Part shown: positions 25,986 to 36,601 of the stretch, in pieces | Layout of the letters: the number at the start of each line of letters is the position of its first letter | How positions within the stretch are numbered: position 1 is the first letter of the stretch | Assembly: GCA_964353885.1 (NCBI GenBank) | Contig: CAYGXO010000095.1 | Location: 488-64,487, forward strand | Length of the DNA: 64,000 nucleotides | From: an uncultured Spirochaetaceae bacterium | GTDB lineage: Bacteria; Spirochaetota; Spirochaetia; SZUA-6; Fen-1364 | Reading direction: 5' to 3' | Notes under the pieces: model-generated | The model's input: only the letters and a program-made list of their open reading frames with translations | The model's database searches: none | What the model was told of the DNA's origin: nothing | Position numbers and translations under genes: made by a program

Positions 25986-27443
25986 TCACTTTCCCGCCCA
26001 CCAGAAGGCGTTGTCCCGGGTGATCACGGAGAAGCCCGCTTTCACGGCGTCGGCCTGCTCCCGGGCGAAGTCCTTCGGGTTCATCCGCGCGGCAAGGACG
26101 CTCGTGCGGGAGACCACGTAGTCGGAGAGGAACCTCCTGAGCTGCGGGAAACCTGCCCGCTTGAGGTTCTCTACGTATCCATCGTAGTAGGCCGTGCTTG
26201 CCGATGCCCACCAGAATGACAGATCTGAAACGAACCCGTCGACGGTCTCCCTCTGGTAGATCCGCTCGTCGGCCAACTTCGATTTCAGGATGGCATAGTC
26301 CTTCGGGCTGAAGTAGGACTGGTCCGAGGCCATGGCAGCGACCTCCTCAGCGATGGCCTTCTTCAGATCCGCGAGCCGCTCGAAGGTGCTCTTCGGGGAG
26401 GAGACCAGAAGGTAGGTGGAGAAGGTGATGTACCCGCCGTCGCGCTGCGTGGAGTAGGAGGCCCACAGGTATTCTTTCTTGTACAGGCCAGGGATTTTCG
26501 ACCAGATGCTGGCCTTGAACCTGCCATTGGGATCCTCGAGGAACTTGCCCCAGACGTCCGCCGCGTAGGTCGCGCCGGGGTCGGCGAGCACGTCGGGGCC
26601 GCGGAGGAGGATCTCCACGAAGGCGACGCCCTGGTACATCTGCTCGTCGGGGTACACCAGGAGCGCGTCCTTCGGCGCCGCGGGGTGCGGCGGCGGAGGG
26701 GAAGCCCATGGGTCGCCGCGTTTTTGCCAGTCGCCGAAATGCCTCTTCACCGCGGCCAGCACCGCCGCGGGATCGACGTCGCCGCCGACGAAGAGGGCCG
26801 TGTTGTTCGGCACGTACCAGGTGTCGCGGATGTCCCGCATGACTTGGACGGTGGCCGCGCGGATCGACTTCTCCGAGCCGACCACGTCCCTTCGCCAGGG
26901 GTACTTCCAGTAGAGAGCCTTGTCCACCGCGGACTCGAAGACGAGCGCGGGATCGGCCAGGGAGCCGCGGACTTCATTGGCCACGACGTCCTTCTCTGTT
27001 TCCAGCTCCGACGCCTCGAGCAGGGGGTAGCGCACCGCGTTCGCCCAGAACTCGATCCCTTTTTCCACCCTGTCGGAGGGCACCGTGATGTAGTAGGTGA
27101 CCGCCTCGGAGCTCGTGCTTCCGTTCCAACTGGCCACGCCGAGCTCCTTGAGCGCGACCTGGAACTCGCTCTGGCTGCGGTAGACCCTGTTGCCCTTGAA
27201 CAGCATGTGCTCGTAGAGGTGGAACAGGCCGGCCGTGTCCGCGGTCTGCGCGATCGAGCCGCAGCGGAAGGTGATCTCGATGCGGGCGAGGGGGACGACG
27301 TGGTTTTCGAGGATGAACAGCTCCAGCCCGTTGTCGAGGTCGACCTTCCGGTAGCCCGTGACCTCGCGCGCCTGGGGGAAGGCGGCCGCGGCGAGCAGCA
27401 GCAGCGAGATGGTGAGGACGGCGATTCTGTTCTGGCGCATCAT
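25986..27443 (-). CDS. M16 family zinc peptidase (pitrilysin-like), catalytic subunit, exported
   Basis: 485 aa with a signal peptide and the inverted zinc motif [10 protein letters not shown] (HxxEH). Confidence 0.9.
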   Translation of the reverse strand: MMRQNRIAVLTISLLLLAAAAFPQAREVTGYRKVDLDNGLELFILENHVVPLARIEITFRCGSIAQTADTAGLFHLYEHMLFKGNRVYRSQSEFQVALKELGVASWNGSTSSEAVTYYITVPSDRVEKGIEFWANAVRYPLLEASELETEKDVVANEVRGSLADPALVFESAVDKALYWKYPWRRDVVGSEKSIRAATVQVMRDIRDTWYVPNNTALFVGGDVDPAAVLAAVKRHFGDWQKRGDPWASPPPPHPAAPKDALLVYPDEQMYQGVAFVEILLRGPDVLADPGATYAADVWGKFLEDPNGRFKASIWSKIPGLYKKEYLWASYSTQRDGGYITFSTYLLVSSPKSTFERLADLKKAIAEEVAAMASDQSYFSPKDYAILKSKLADERIYQRETVDGFVSDLSFWWASASTAYYDGYVENLKRAGFPQLRRFLSDYVVSRTSVLAARMNPKDFAREQADAVKAGFSVITRDNAFWWAGK

Positions 27444-27562
27444 GACCGCCGATCATAGCGCGCCCGCGGCCCGCGGATCAACCCGAGGCCGAGCCCGACG
27501 CCGAGTCCCGGGGCTTCGGCGAAGCTTGCGGCCGGCGGGCATTTCCACTATCCTGTGCCGGT

Positions 27563-29152
27563 ATGCCCGTGCAGTGCTGGCTCCAGGATTCGCACGCGAG
27601 GGTTTTCCCGACGGGCAACAGGGTCGGGCCTTCGGTTCTCCACATCGAGGCCGCGCGCGGCGAACGGGTCTCGCTGCAACTGTGCGCCTGCAACGGCTCG
27701 GGCGAGGAGGTCGTCGGCGTCCGCGCCGCCGTCGAGCCGGTTGCGGGGCTCTCCACACGGCTGCGGCGGGTCGGATTCATCCCACTCCTTCACCAGACGA
27801 CCGAAACCGAGTCTCGCGAGCTGGACTGCCGCGGCCGGATCCCCGGCTTCGTCCCCGATCCCCTCTTCGACGAGGTGGAAGCCGAGATCGCGCGCGGGCG
27901 GACGGCGGCGTTCTGGATCACGATCAAGGTGGGATCTCGCTGCCCCGAGGGCAGGAAGATCGTGCCGTTCACCGTCGAGAGCCGCGGGTCGCCCGTCGGG
28001 AGGCTGCACATCGTCCTCTTCGTGCGCGGGCTCACCGTCGCACCGCGCAGAGGCTTCCCCGTGCTCCATGTGCTGCGCTCGGACTCCCTTCTGGACTGGT
28101 ACGGCCTCGCCGGATTCGAGAAGGGCTACTGGGACCTTGCGGGCGCCTATATGGAAGACCTCGCCGCTCACGGTCAGGACGCGGTGAACGTGCCGGTTTT
28201 CGGGGGTCCGCAGCTGCTGCGGGTGACGCGGCGCAGCGCAGCCTACGGCTTGGACTGGACGGACGTGAAGCGCTACGTGTCACTCGCCCGCTCCTGCGGG
28301 ATCCGGTGGTTTCAGTGGCCTCCCCTCGTCGGGCAGGGAGCTCACCCCCTGGCGCCCGCGCTCTTCGAGGGGCAGGCGGGCAGGCCTCTGTGGGGTCCCC
28401 GCACTCCCGCCTTCTCCCCCGTTCATCGGGCCTTTCTCTCCCAGTACCTGCCGCGCCTGTCGAGGTTCCTCCACGCGGAGAGCCTCGCCGACTGCTCCCT
28501 GTTCCGTCTCTCGGACGGGCCGTGCGACGCGGAGGCGCTGCCGGGCCGGCGCAGGGTGCGGGAGACCCTCCGCACCCTCGCTCCCTGGCTGAAGACGATG
28601 GATCTGGTGAGCGACCTCGAGGCCGTCCGCAGCGGCATCGTCGACATGCCCGCGGCGGACATGGGGACGGCTCACCAATTGATCCACGAAGGCATTCCCT
28701 GCTTCGCCGCTCTCGGCTCGCGTCCCCGCGGCTCCTACCCGAGTCGTTTCCTCGACACCCCCCTCGCGAAGATCCGCATGATCGGATGGCTGCTCTACAG
28801 GTTCCGGCTGCAGGGCTTCCTCGGAGGGGGGTGCAACGACTGGTACGCCTCGGGAACCCGGACGCTGGTCGATCCCTTCACGGAGGCGAGCGGCAGGGCG
28901 TGGCCGTCCGTCCCGTCCGGCGCGCCATTCCTCGTCTATCCAGGTCCGCGCGGACCGATCGATTCGATCCGCTGGGAGATCTTCGGCGAGGGCCTCTCGG
29001 ACTACGCGCTGCTCGCTTCCGCCGGCGTGCCGGCCTCGGCCCGTCTGCTTTCGGCGATCAGGAACTTTCACAAATTCCCAAAGGACCCCGCGTGGATGCG
29101 GAAGGCGCGGCACGACGCGCTCAGCCTTGCCACGACGGGCTCTCACCGCTAA
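27563..29152 (+). CDS. DUF4091 domain-containing protein (putative glycoside hydrolase-like)
   Basis: 529 aa. The C-terminal [32 protein letters not shown] matches the DUF4091 hallmark (..YPG..GP..SiR.E...G.eDYe.L). Confidence 0.7.
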   Translation: MPVQCWLQDSHARVFPTGNRVGPSVLHIEAARGERVSLQLCACNGSGEEVVGVRAAVEPVAGLSTRLRRVGFIPLLHQTTETESRELDCRGRIPGFVPDPLFDEVEAEIARGRTAAFWITIKVGSRCPEGRKIVPFTVESRGSPVGRLHIVLFVRGLTVAPRRGFPVLHVLRSDSLLDWYGLAGFEKGYWDLAGAYMEDLAAHGQDAVNVPVFGGPQLLRVTRRSAAYGLDWTDVKRYVSLARSCGIRWFQWPPLVGQGAHPLAPALFEGQAGRPLWGPRTPAFSPVHRAFLSQYLPRLSRFLHAESLADCSLFRLSDGPCDAEALPGRRRVRETLRTLAPWLKTMDLVSDLEAVRSGIVDMPAADMGTAHQLIHEGIPCFAALGSRPRGSYPSRFLDTPLAKIRMIGWLLYRFRLQGFLGGGCNDWYASGTRTLVDPFTEASGRAWPSVPSGAPFLVYPGPRGPIDSIRWEIFGEGLSDYALLASAGVPASARLLSAIRNFHKFPKDPAWMRKARHDALSLATTGSHR

Positions 29153-29211
29153 GATCAGCCCTGGGGCGCGCCGGTGACGGCGAACCGCCGAACAAAAGGA
29201 GATACCGCCAA

Positions 29212-30459
29212 ATGCCTGAGCTCAACCCATTCAAGATCTCGCAGAAGCAGCTGGACAAAGCGGCAGCGACGCTCGGTCTGGACGAGGCCACCCATCAGTT
29301 CCTGCGCTGGCCGCAGCGCGAGCTGCAGGTCCGGTTTCCCGTGCGCATGGACGACGGGACGCTGAAGATTTTCCTGGGGTACCGGGTTCAATACAACGGC
29401 GCGCGCGGCCCGACGAAAGGCGGCCTGCGCTGGCATTCAGGCGAAACGATCGACACGATCCGCGCCCTGGCCGCGTGGATGACCTGGAAGACCGCTGTCG
29501 TCGACCTCCCTCTCGGGGGCGGCAAGGGGGGCATCACGTGCAACCCCAAGGAGCTGTCCGCGGGAGAGAAGGAGAGGCTCGCGCGAGCGTACATCCGCGC
29601 CGTCGGCCGTTTCCTGTCGGCGACGAACGACGTGCCCGCCCCCGACGTGTACACGACCCCCGAGATCATGGGGTGGATGATGGACGAGTACGAGACCATC
29701 ATCGGCGCGCATCGCCCCGGGGTCATCACCGGCAAGCCCATCCCCATCGGCGGCTCGGCCGGCCGCGGCGACGCGACGGCGAGGGGCGGCATCATCGTCA
29801 CCCGGGAGGCGGCGAAGAAGCTCGGCATCGGCCTCGCCGGCGCCCCGATGGCGATCCAGGGCTTCGGCAACGCGGGCCAGCACGCGGCCCTGCTCGGCTC
29901 GGAGATCCTGGGCATGAAGCTCATCGCCGCCACGGATTCCCGTGGCGGGATCTGGAACCCGAAGGGGCTGGACGCGAAGGCCGTGGTGGACCACAAGAAC
30001 AGGACGGGCTCCCTCGCGGGATTCCCGGGCGCAGAACCGATCAGCAACGAGAAGTCGCTCGAGCTGGACGTGGCTGTCCTCTTCCCCTCAGCCCTCGAGA
30101 ACGTGATCACGGACAGGAACGCGGCACGCATCCGGGCGAAGATCGTGTGCGAGCTGGCGAACGGCCCCACGACCCCCGAAGCCGACGAGATCCTCGCGGC
30201 CGGGAACGTCTTCGTCCTTCCCGACTTCCTCGCCAACGCGGGAGGCGTCACCGTGTCGTACTTCGAGCAGGTCCAGAACGCCTACAACTACTACTGGGAC
30301 CTGACACTCGTGCACTCTCGGCTCGAAGAGAAGATGACGAAGGCCTTCCACGAGGTCTACGCGATGCGCGAGCGCCATGGGGGAACGATGCGCGATGCCG
30401 CCTACCTCGTCTCGGTGAGCAGGGTCGCCGAGGCGTGCAAGCTGCGCGGGTGGGTGTGA
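29212..30459 (+). CDS. gdhA: Glu/Leu/Phe/Val dehydrogenase family, glutamate dehydrogenase
   Basis: 415 aa from the verified ATG at 29212, with RBS AAAGGAGA. Contains [18 protein letters not shown] (catalytic Lys region) and IQGFGNAGQ (dinucleotide fold). Confidence 0.93.
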   Translation: MPELNPFKISQKQLDKAAATLGLDEATHQFLRWPQRELQVRFPVRMDDGTLKIFLGYRVQYNGARGPTKGGLRWHSGETIDTIRALAAWMTWKTAVVDLPLGGGKGGITCNPKELSAGEKERLARAYIRAVGRFLSATNDVPAPDVYTTPEIMGWMMDEYETIIGAHRPGVITGKPIPIGGSAGRGDATARGGIIVTREAAKKLGIGLAGAPMAIQGFGNAGQHAALLGSEILGMKLIAATDSRGGIWNPKGLDAKAVVDHKNRTGSLAGFPGAEPISNEKSLELDVAVLFPSALENVITDRNAARIRAKIVCELANGPTTPEADEILAAGNVFVLPDFLANAGGVTVSYFEQVQNAYNYYWDLTLVHSRLEEKMTKAFHEVYAMRERHGGTMRDAAYLVSVSRVAEACKLRGWV

Positions 30460-32828
30460 GCGCCGCGTCGGAACACGGCCCTGACGGGTCCCGCCTTCTT
30501 GGAAGGGACGCACCGATCCGGGCCTATAATCTCTTCCGCGCCATCTCGAAGTACCCGCAGCTCCTCCCGCAGATGCGCTCGATGTTCCTCGACGTGCTCG
30601 TGGAGCGGGGGCTTGTCTCCCGGGAGGAGCTCGCCGCGGCGGCCCGGACGCGAGTCGAGGCGGACGGCCTTCCGGCGACCCGGGAGAACCTCCGCGAGTA
30701 CAGCGACGCGCTCACCGACCTCGCCTTCGCCGAATGGCTCTCCGCCGACGAGGTAGAGAACTACGTCAACCTCGTGCGAAAGCGCGACCGGTGCCAGGAG
30801 CTGGGCAAGGTCCTGAGCAGCAGCCGCGCGACCGCCGAGACGGTCTGGCGCGCCCTGAAGGAGTTCTGCGACATTCCCAAGGGCGAGATCTACATCTCCC
30901 CCGAGGAGGCGGAAGGCATTCGGGTGTCGCTTCTGTCCTTCTACGTCTCCAGCCAGCTGCCCTTCCTCGGCATCGCAAAAAAGTACGTCACCATCCGCGA
31001 CATCTCCTCCATCCTCGAGCACACCCTCGGGCACGTCGCCTCTCCCGGCAGGCTGGGCGGCAAGGCGGCGGGCATGATCGTGGCCCAGAAGATCCTGCTG
31101 CCGATCCTCGCGCGGCACGACCCGGATTTCGAGCGGCACATCGCCGCGCCGGACACGTGGTACATCAGCTCGGGGGTTTTCTCGGACTTCATCGACCGCA
31201 ACGACTTCCACCTCTTCCATACCCACAAGTACCGCGACCGGGAGGCAATTGACGCGGAGTGTCAGCGCATCGGCGAGCGCTTCGAGAGCGCGACCTTCTC
31301 GCCGGAGATCGTCGCCCAGTTCCGCGGGCTCATCGAGGAGATCGGGGAGCATCCGATCATCGTGCGCTCCTCCAGCCTCCTCGAGGACAGCTTCGGCCTC
31401 GCCTTCTCGGGAAAGTACCAGTCCGTGTTCCTTGCCAACCAGGGCGGCGTGGAGGCGCGCCTGGCTGCCTTCCTGCGGGGCGTGAAGACGGTGCTCGGGA
31501 GCATGTACGGCCCAGACCCCATCATCTACCGCAGGGACCACGGCCTGCTCGACTACGACGAGCGCATGGCGATGATCGTCCAGAAGGTCGTCGGCCGCAG
31601 GTTCGGCGACTACTTGTTCCCTTTCGCCGCGGGGGTGATGTACTCCTACAACAGCTACGCCTGGAGCCCGAAGATCCGCAAGAGCGATGGGCTGGTGCGC
31701 CTGGTCTTCGGCCTGGGCACCCGGGCCGTCGACAGGGTGGGCGGCGAGTACCCGCGCATGGTCCCGCTGAGCCATCCGCTGCTCCGGCCCGAGGCCACGG
31801 CCGAGCAGGTCGCGAAGTATTCGCAGAGGATGATCGACGTCATCAACGTCGCGCAGGGGACTTTCCAGACCGTCGACTTCCGCACCCTCGCGCGCGCGAG
31901 CCGGCACCCCGACCTCTTCCAGGCCGTCTCGACAACCGAGGACGGCCGGCTGCGCGCCCCGATGTTCCGCACGGATGAGCTGGCCGAGGACTCGATGTAC
32001 CTGACCTTCGAGAACTTCCTCTCGCGCTCGCCCTTCGTGCCCCTCGCGAAGAAGGTCCTCGCGGCCGTGCAGGCCGCGTACGGGAGACCCGTGGACATCG
32101 AGTTCGCGTGGGACGCCGACAAGCTGTACATCCTCCAGTGCCGCTCCCTGTCGATGCGCCGGGAGATCGAGCGTGTCGCCATCCCGCAGAGGAGGACGGA
32201 GGACACCCTGTTCGTCACCCACTCGGGGCTGTCCAGCTGCCTGATCACGGACGTCGAGTACGTCGTGTACGTCGATCCGCGCGCCTACGATCGCCTGCGG
32301 ACCGTCGAGGACAAGCGGCGGATCGGCTGGGCGGTGGGGCAGCTGAACAAGCGCCTCGCGGGCAAGAGCTATGCCCTGCTGGGTCCGGGCCGATGGGGCA
32401 GCAACGACATCAATCTCGGCGTGAGCGTCACCTATTCCGACATTAATAGGACGAGGCTCCTCGTCGAGATCGCCTTCGCGCGCGATGGCTACACTCCCGA
32501 GGTATCGTACGGCACCCACTTCTTCCAGGACCTTGTCGAGGCGGACATCGCGATCATGCCCCTGTACCCGGATGCCCCCGGCACCGTGCTGAACGAGGAG
32601 CTCCTCGTTCGCTCGCCGAATGCGCTTGCCGCCGTCGACCCGGAGCTCGCGCAGCTGGTCGGAGTGGTGCACGTCGTGCACGTGCCGTCGGTCCGCGGCG
32701 GCCAGTACCTTCACGTGTACCTCGACGGGGAAGGGCAGACGGGGGTGGGGGTGTTTGGGGAGAGAATCGGAGCAGGAGGACGCCAGGACGATGAACGTCA
32801 GTCTCCCCCCGCTCCGTCGGTCAGTTGA
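30456..32828 (+). CDS. PEP/pyruvate-binding (PPDK_N ATP-grasp-like) domain protein
   Basis: About 790 aa with GGKAAGM and [25 protein letters not shown], the hallmark of the PEP synthase / PPDK nucleotide-binding domain. I saw no phosphohistidine swivel or PEP-utilizer TIM domain. A GTG start at 30456 overlaps the gdh stop (GTGA). The alternative start is ATG 30573. Confidence 0.8.
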   Translation: MSAASEHGPDGSRLLGRDAPIRAYNLFRAISKYPQLLPQMRSMFLDVLVERGLVSREELAAAARTRVEADGLPATRENLREYSDALTDLAFAEWLSADEVENYVNLVRKRDRCQELGKVLSSSRATAETVWRALKEFCDIPKGEIYISPEEAEGIRVSLLSFYVSSQLPFLGIAKKYVTIRDISSILEHTLGHVASPGRLGGKAAGMIVAQKILLPILARHDPDFERHIAAPDTWYISSGVFSDFIDRNDFHLFHTHKYRDREAIDAECQRIGERFESATFSPEIVAQFRGLIEEIGEHPIIVRSSSLLEDSFGLAFSGKYQSVFLANQGGVEARLAAFLRGVKTVLGSMYGPDPIIYRRDHGLLDYDERMAMIVQKVVGRRFGDYLFPFAAGVMYSYNSYAWSPKIRKSDGLVRLVFGLGTRAVDRVGGEYPRMVPLSHPLLRPEATAEQVAKYSQRMIDVINVAQGTFQTVDFRTLARASRHPDLFQAVSTTEDGRLRAPMFRTDELAEDSMYLTFENFLSRSPFVPLAKKVLAAVQAAYGRPVDIEFAWDADKLYILQCRSLSMRREIERVAIPQRRTEDTLFVTHSGLSSCLITDVEYVVYVDPRAYDRLRTVEDKRRIGWAVGQLNKRLAGKSYALLGPGRWGSNDINLGVSVTYSDINRTRLLVEIAFARDGYTPEVSYGTHFFQDLVEADIAIMPLYPDAPGTVLNEELLVRSPNALAAVDPELAQLVGVVHVVHVPSVRGGQYLHVYLDGEGQTGVGVFGERIGAGGRQDDERQSPPAPSVS

Positions 32829-32837
32829 TTCTTTCGG

Positions 32838-33620
32838 TCAGCTGATTTCTATGGAACCAACGCCCGTTTCGACCGAGATTTCCACCCGGTTGGCCGCGCT
32901 GTCGTAATCGGCGGACCGGTAGGAGCCCCCGACCTTCGGGAAGCGCGAAGTGTCCACGTGGATCCCCGCGAGCGCGCCTCTGATCGAGATTGAAGCCGCC
33001 ACGCCCGCGGGCACGCGAAGTTTCACAGACGCGGCTCCGGATTCCACGCGCACGCGCGTCATGCCAGCCCGAGCGGGAAGGTCCACGATCGTGGAGCTCG
33101 CCCCCGTGCTCACCGAGAGCTCGCGCACCTGCAGGTCGGTCAGGAGCAGCCGGGACTCGCTCGCCCCGGTTTCCAGGGCGAGGGTCAGCGGCACGGCGGT
33201 GTTGAACACGAAATCCCAGTCCAGCACCCCTATGTTCCCGCGGGTCCAGGGAAACACGTAGTGCGAGACGTCCCTGTCCTTCACCCTCATCTCGACGGCG
33301 AGCCGGCCGCCGTCCCTGCTCTTCTGAGCGTCCAGGCCGCCGCCGAAGCTTCCCGAAAGAAGATCGCCCGGTTCCGTGCCGGCGCCGATCGAGAGCTTTC
33401 CTGCTCCGTGACGGACCCGGACAACCGCTTCCTGGGCGCCATCGAGCGCCACGGCGGCCTGCTCGCGCGCCGCCTCGCCCCTGCGCCACGATGCCCCCAT
33501 GACGATCAGCACGCCGACGGCGATGAGCAGGAGAGGCCAGAAGATATGGAAAATGCCCATCAGTGTGATCGCCCCGAGGACGATCAGGACGATTCCGATG
33601 ACCCAGTTCCAGCGCACCAT
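32838..33620 (-). CDS. LiaF-like (DUF2154) cell-envelope stress protein
   Basis: 260 aa with two N-terminal TM helices (WVIGIVLIVLGAITLMGIFHIFWPLLLIAVGVLIV). The beta-rich C-terminal domain has L.V..GA....V repeats. Confidence 0.7.
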   Translation of the reverse strand: MVRWNWVIGIVLIVLGAITLMGIFHIFWPLLLIAVGVLIVMGASWRRGEAAREQAAVALDGAQEAVVRVRHGAGKLSIGAGTEPGDLLSGSFGGGLDAQKSRDGGRLAVEMRVKDRDVSHYVFPWTRGNIGVLDWDFVFNTAVPLTLALETGASESRLLLTDLQVRELSVSTGASSTIVDLPARAGMTRVRVESGAASVKLRVPAGVAASISIRGALAGIHVDTSRFPKVGGSYRSADYDSAANRVEISVETGVGSIEIS

Positions 33621-33621
33621 G

Positions 33622-34149
33622 TCATTTCTCTCCCTTGTGCCGGCGCCCGACGAGCGGCCGCAGGACGACGAGCACTCCGATCAGGATCAGCCCGATGGCC
33701 CACCAGTTGCCGATCGCGGGAAAGCCGCCGACATGCCGGCCGAGCAGCGAGCCGAACACGAAGAAGAGGATGGCGCTCACCACGATCGGCGTGCCGCCGT
33801 CGATCAGAGCCTTCAGAGGCCTGCCTTCCATGACCTCGCTGATGAACACGCCGACGCCGACGAAGCCGGGGATGAGCGCCCATGCGTACGACCACGTGCT
33901 CCAGAGGCCGCTCGTGTTCTGCCACAGCAGGATGCCTCCGATGCCGCCGATGATGCAGGCCGGAACCGCGAGCCCGGGCGTCCAGCTCACGAGCGCCGCA
34001 ACCATGAAAGCGGCGCCAACGCCGATGACGATCCAGGGCCATGAAAAGGGCGCGAGGATGTTCGGGACGATCCGGGTCACGAGAAAGAATATCCCCAGTA
34101 CAATGAGCAAAGTCCCCACTCCGAGAGCGGACCTGGCTTTCGGTTCCAT
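33622..34149 (-). CDS. polytopic membrane protein (LiaI/LiaF-TM-like, DUF5668-like)
   Basis: 175 aa with about 5 TM helices. Its stop lies 1 nt before the LiaF-like start. Confidence 0.6.
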   Translation of the reverse strand: MEPKARSALGVGTLLIVLGIFFLVTRIVPNILAPFSWPWIVIGVGAAFMVAALVSWTPGLAVPACIIGGIGGILLWQNTSGLWSTWSYAWALIPGFVGVGVFISEVMEGRPLKALIDGGTPIVVSAILFFVFGSLLGRHVGGFPAIGNWWAIGLILIGVLVVLRPLVGRRHKGEK

Positions 34150-34162
34150 GCGTTCCTCCTTG

Positions 34163-34492
34163 TTACCTCAGATACTCAACACCGCCGGTCGTCCACAAAT
34201 ACACCCCCCGCGCGAAAGGCAGCCGGGCGAGGACCCAGTTTCGCCTCGGAGCGAGGGCGACGAGATCGGGGCTGCGCGCGGCCTCCCTGGCCCGGCGTCG
34301 GCTGTCGGGCGACGAGAGGAATGGCAGGCCCGAGCCGCGCCTGTAGAACCAGATCGTCGCCCCGTTCGGGGGGGAATCCTTCGGGGGCATGACGTACAGC
34401 CCAGTCAGAGAGTACAGGCCGAAGGCGAGCGCGCCTGCGGCGACGAGCACCACCAGAAAGGCGCGCGGCCCGCGCCGCCTCGTTTCCGGCAT
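34163..34492 (-). CDS. small membrane-anchored hypothetical protein
   Basis: 109 aa with one TM helix (AFLVVLVAAGALAFGLYSL). It sits first in the same-strand cluster. I recognised no motif. Confidence 0.45.
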   Translation of the reverse strand: MPETRRRGPRAFLVVLVAAGALAFGLYSLTGLYVMPPKDSPPNGATIWFYRRGSGLPFLSSPDSRRRAREAARSPDLVALAPRRNWVLARLPFARGVYLWTTGGVEYLR

Positions 34493-34634
34493 GCATCCTC
34501 CTTCCTTCGACTTCCCGCGGGGAGAGTATACCCGCCCGCGCCCCCCCGCGCCAGAGCAGGGCGGGTGGACGCTCCGCCTTCGGCCTTGCCCCCGGCATGG
34601 GGTGGGGGTACACTCAGGGGAGCGGAGGCGCCGT

Positions 34635-36191
34635 ATGGAGACTGGCTGGCGGAAGGTCGCCCGTGATTCGGACCTTGTCGAGGGGATTCCCGTTCTCGCG
34701 AAGGCGGGAGAGGAGGGGATCTACCTTGTGCGGCTGGACGGGGTCGTGCGCGCGCTCGGCCACGAATGCCCCCACCACCACGATCCGCTGGAGAAAGGCG
34801 CGCTGATCGGGGGCGAGATTGTCTGCCCGGGACACTTCGCGCGTCTGGATGCGCGCGACGGAAAGCTCGTGGCGCCGCCGGCCCTCGACGACCTGCCGAC
34901 CTATCCCGTGAAGGTCGAGTCCGGGGACGTGTGGGTGGGCGAGCTCGTGAAGCCCCGACGGCCCGTCCCGGCAGAAGGCGATCCCCGCACGTTCCTCATC
35001 GTCGGCGCGGGGGCCGCGGGGAATGCGGCGGCCGAGACCCTGCGGCGCGAAGGGTTCGGGGGAAGGATCGTCATGGTCACCGCGGAAGCTGACGGTCCGT
35101 ACGACAGGCCCGAGCTCACCAAGGGGTACATCACCGGGAAGACGAAGCCGGAGTGGATACCTCTGCGCGGCCCGAAGTTCTACGCCGACCAGAGGATCGA
35201 GGTCCTGACCGGCCGCAGGGTGACGGGTCTGGACGCGTGGAAGAAGGTCGCCCTGTTCGCATCGGGAGAGTCCCTCGCATTCGACAGAGCGCTGCTCGCC
35301 ACGGGAGGAACCCCGCGGATGCTCGCGATCCCGGGAGCCAAGGCGGACTGCTGTTTCAGCCTTCGCAGCCTCGCCGACGCCCGCGCGATCGCCGACGCGG
35401 CATCCCGGGCCGCTCGCGCGCTCGTCATCGGCGCGGGATTCATCGGCCTCGAGATCGCCAGCTCGCTCGGCGAGCGGGGTCTCGGGGTGACGGTCGTCGC
35501 CCCCGACACGCTCCCTTTCGCGCGCATCTTCGGCGAGCGCGTCGCGTCGTTTTTGAAAAAGCGCCACGAGGAGGCGGGGGTCTCGTTCCGCCTCGGGAGG
35601 ACGCCGACGCGGATCACCGGCGGGAAGGGCGCGAAGAAGGTCATGCTCTCGGACGGCACCAGCCTGCAGGCCGACTTCGCGGTGCTGGGCATCGGCGTTC
35701 AGCCCGCCGTCGACTACCTGGCGGGCACGGAACTTGTCCAGGCGGGGGGCGTGCCGGTGGACGGGAGGCTGGCCACCTCGCATCCGGATATCTTCGCGGC
35801 GGGCGACATCGCGATCGTCCCAGGCGCCGACGGCGAGCCCGAGCGGATCGAGCACTGGGTCGTAGCCGAGCGGCAGGGCCGCCACGCCGCCCGCTCAATG
35901 CTCGGCGCGGCCGTCGCCTACGCCGAATGCCCCTTCTTCTGGACCCGGCAGGCCGGCATCAGCCTGAAATCCGTCGGCATCACGCGGGGCTTCGACGAGA
36001 TCGTGTACAGGGGCGAGGTGGAGAGCGGACGGTTTCTCGCCGGGTACTTCCGCAAGGGGAAGCTGAAGGCTGCTGTCGCGGTGGGTATGCCGAGGGAGTG
36101 CATTGCGGCCGAGCGGGTGATTCGGTCCGGCGCGCCCGTCACGGCGCGGCAGTTCGCCGACGAAGGCTTCGATATCCGGGCGGCGCTGTAG
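34635..36191 (+). CDS. Rieske [2Fe-2S] domain fused to an FAD-dependent pyridine-nucleotide-disulfide oxidoreductase (ferredoxin-reductase/AIF-like)
   Basis: 518 aa from the verified ATG at 34635. Rieske motif CPHHHD...CPGH. FAD motif LIVGAGAAGNAAA and NAD motif LVIGAGFIGLE. Confidence 0.88.
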   Translation: METGWRKVARDSDLVEGIPVLAKAGEEGIYLVRLDGVVRALGHECPHHHDPLEKGALIGGEIVCPGHFARLDARDGKLVAPPALDDLPTYPVKVESGDVWVGELVKPRRPVPAEGDPRTFLIVGAGAAGNAAAETLRREGFGGRIVMVTAEADGPYDRPELTKGYITGKTKPEWIPLRGPKFYADQRIEVLTGRRVTGLDAWKKVALFASGESLAFDRALLATGGTPRMLAIPGAKADCCFSLRSLADARAIADAASRAARALVIGAGFIGLEIASSLGERGLGVTVVAPDTLPFARIFGERVASFLKKRHEEAGVSFRLGRTPTRITGGKGAKKVMLSDGTSLQADFAVLGIGVQPAVDYLAGTELVQAGGVPVDGRLATSHPDIFAAGDIAIVPGADGEPERIEHWVVAERQGRHAARSMLGAAVAYAECPFFWTRQAGISLKSVGITRGFDEIVYRGEVESGRFLAGYFRKGKLKAAVAVGMPRECIAAERVIRSGAPVTARQFADEGFDIRAAL

Positions 36192-36200
36192 GTTTGGTCT

Positions 36201-36506
36201 CTACGTCTCGATCGTGATGAGGGCGTCGAACTTGATCATCCGCAGGAGCTGGAGCATCTCGGCGCTGCATTTGCGGATGACCAGCCGGCGGCCCGTCTCG
36301 TCGCATTGCTTCTTGAAGTGAAGGATCTTCCCGATGGCCGAGGAGCTGAGGCTCGCGAGGTGCTCGAAGTTCAGGACGATTGTCCGATGGCTCCCCCGCA
36401 GGGCCTCGTCGAGCCATTTCTGGAACTCGTTCATGTCGTCGCGCGAGAGGTTTCCCTCAGGCACGATCTCCACCTCGTCCGCCGAGATCTCTCTCTTGAC
36501 GATCAT
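36201..36506 (-). CDS. STAS domain protein (anti-sigma-factor antagonist-like)
   Basis: 101 aa from the verified ATG at 36506, with RBS GAAAGG. Contains VLNFEHLASLSSSAIGKILHFKKQCDETGRRLVIRKCSAEMLQLLRMIKFDALI. No partner kinase or phosphatase gene is adjacent. Confidence 0.75.
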   Translation of the reverse strand: MIVKREISADEVEIVPEGNLSRDDMNEFQKWLDEALRGSHRTIVLNFEHLASLSSSAIGKILHFKKQCDETGRRLVIRKCSAEMLQLLRMIKFDALITIET

Positions 36507-36601
36507 TACTCGCCTTTCTTTTTCCGCCACAGCCACGCCAGTATAGAGCATCGCCGCCCGGTATGCAACGGGGGAATCGGCGTGTATACTGGCTCTGCCC
36601 G

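Noticed and set aside
27358-29211. First 618 codons of the 1033-aa plus-strand ORF ending at 30459
   Set aside because: Only the last 415 codons (from ATG 29212, which has an RBS) are glutamate dehydrogenase. The upstream part is off-frame over the M16 gene (antisense) and the DUF4091 gene, and is R/P/G-rich. The first 327 codons of ORF 29475-32828 are likewise off-frame within gdh.
30402-32714. 770-aa minus-strand ORF
   Set aside because: It is antisense to the PPDK_N-like gene and has shadow-frame composition.
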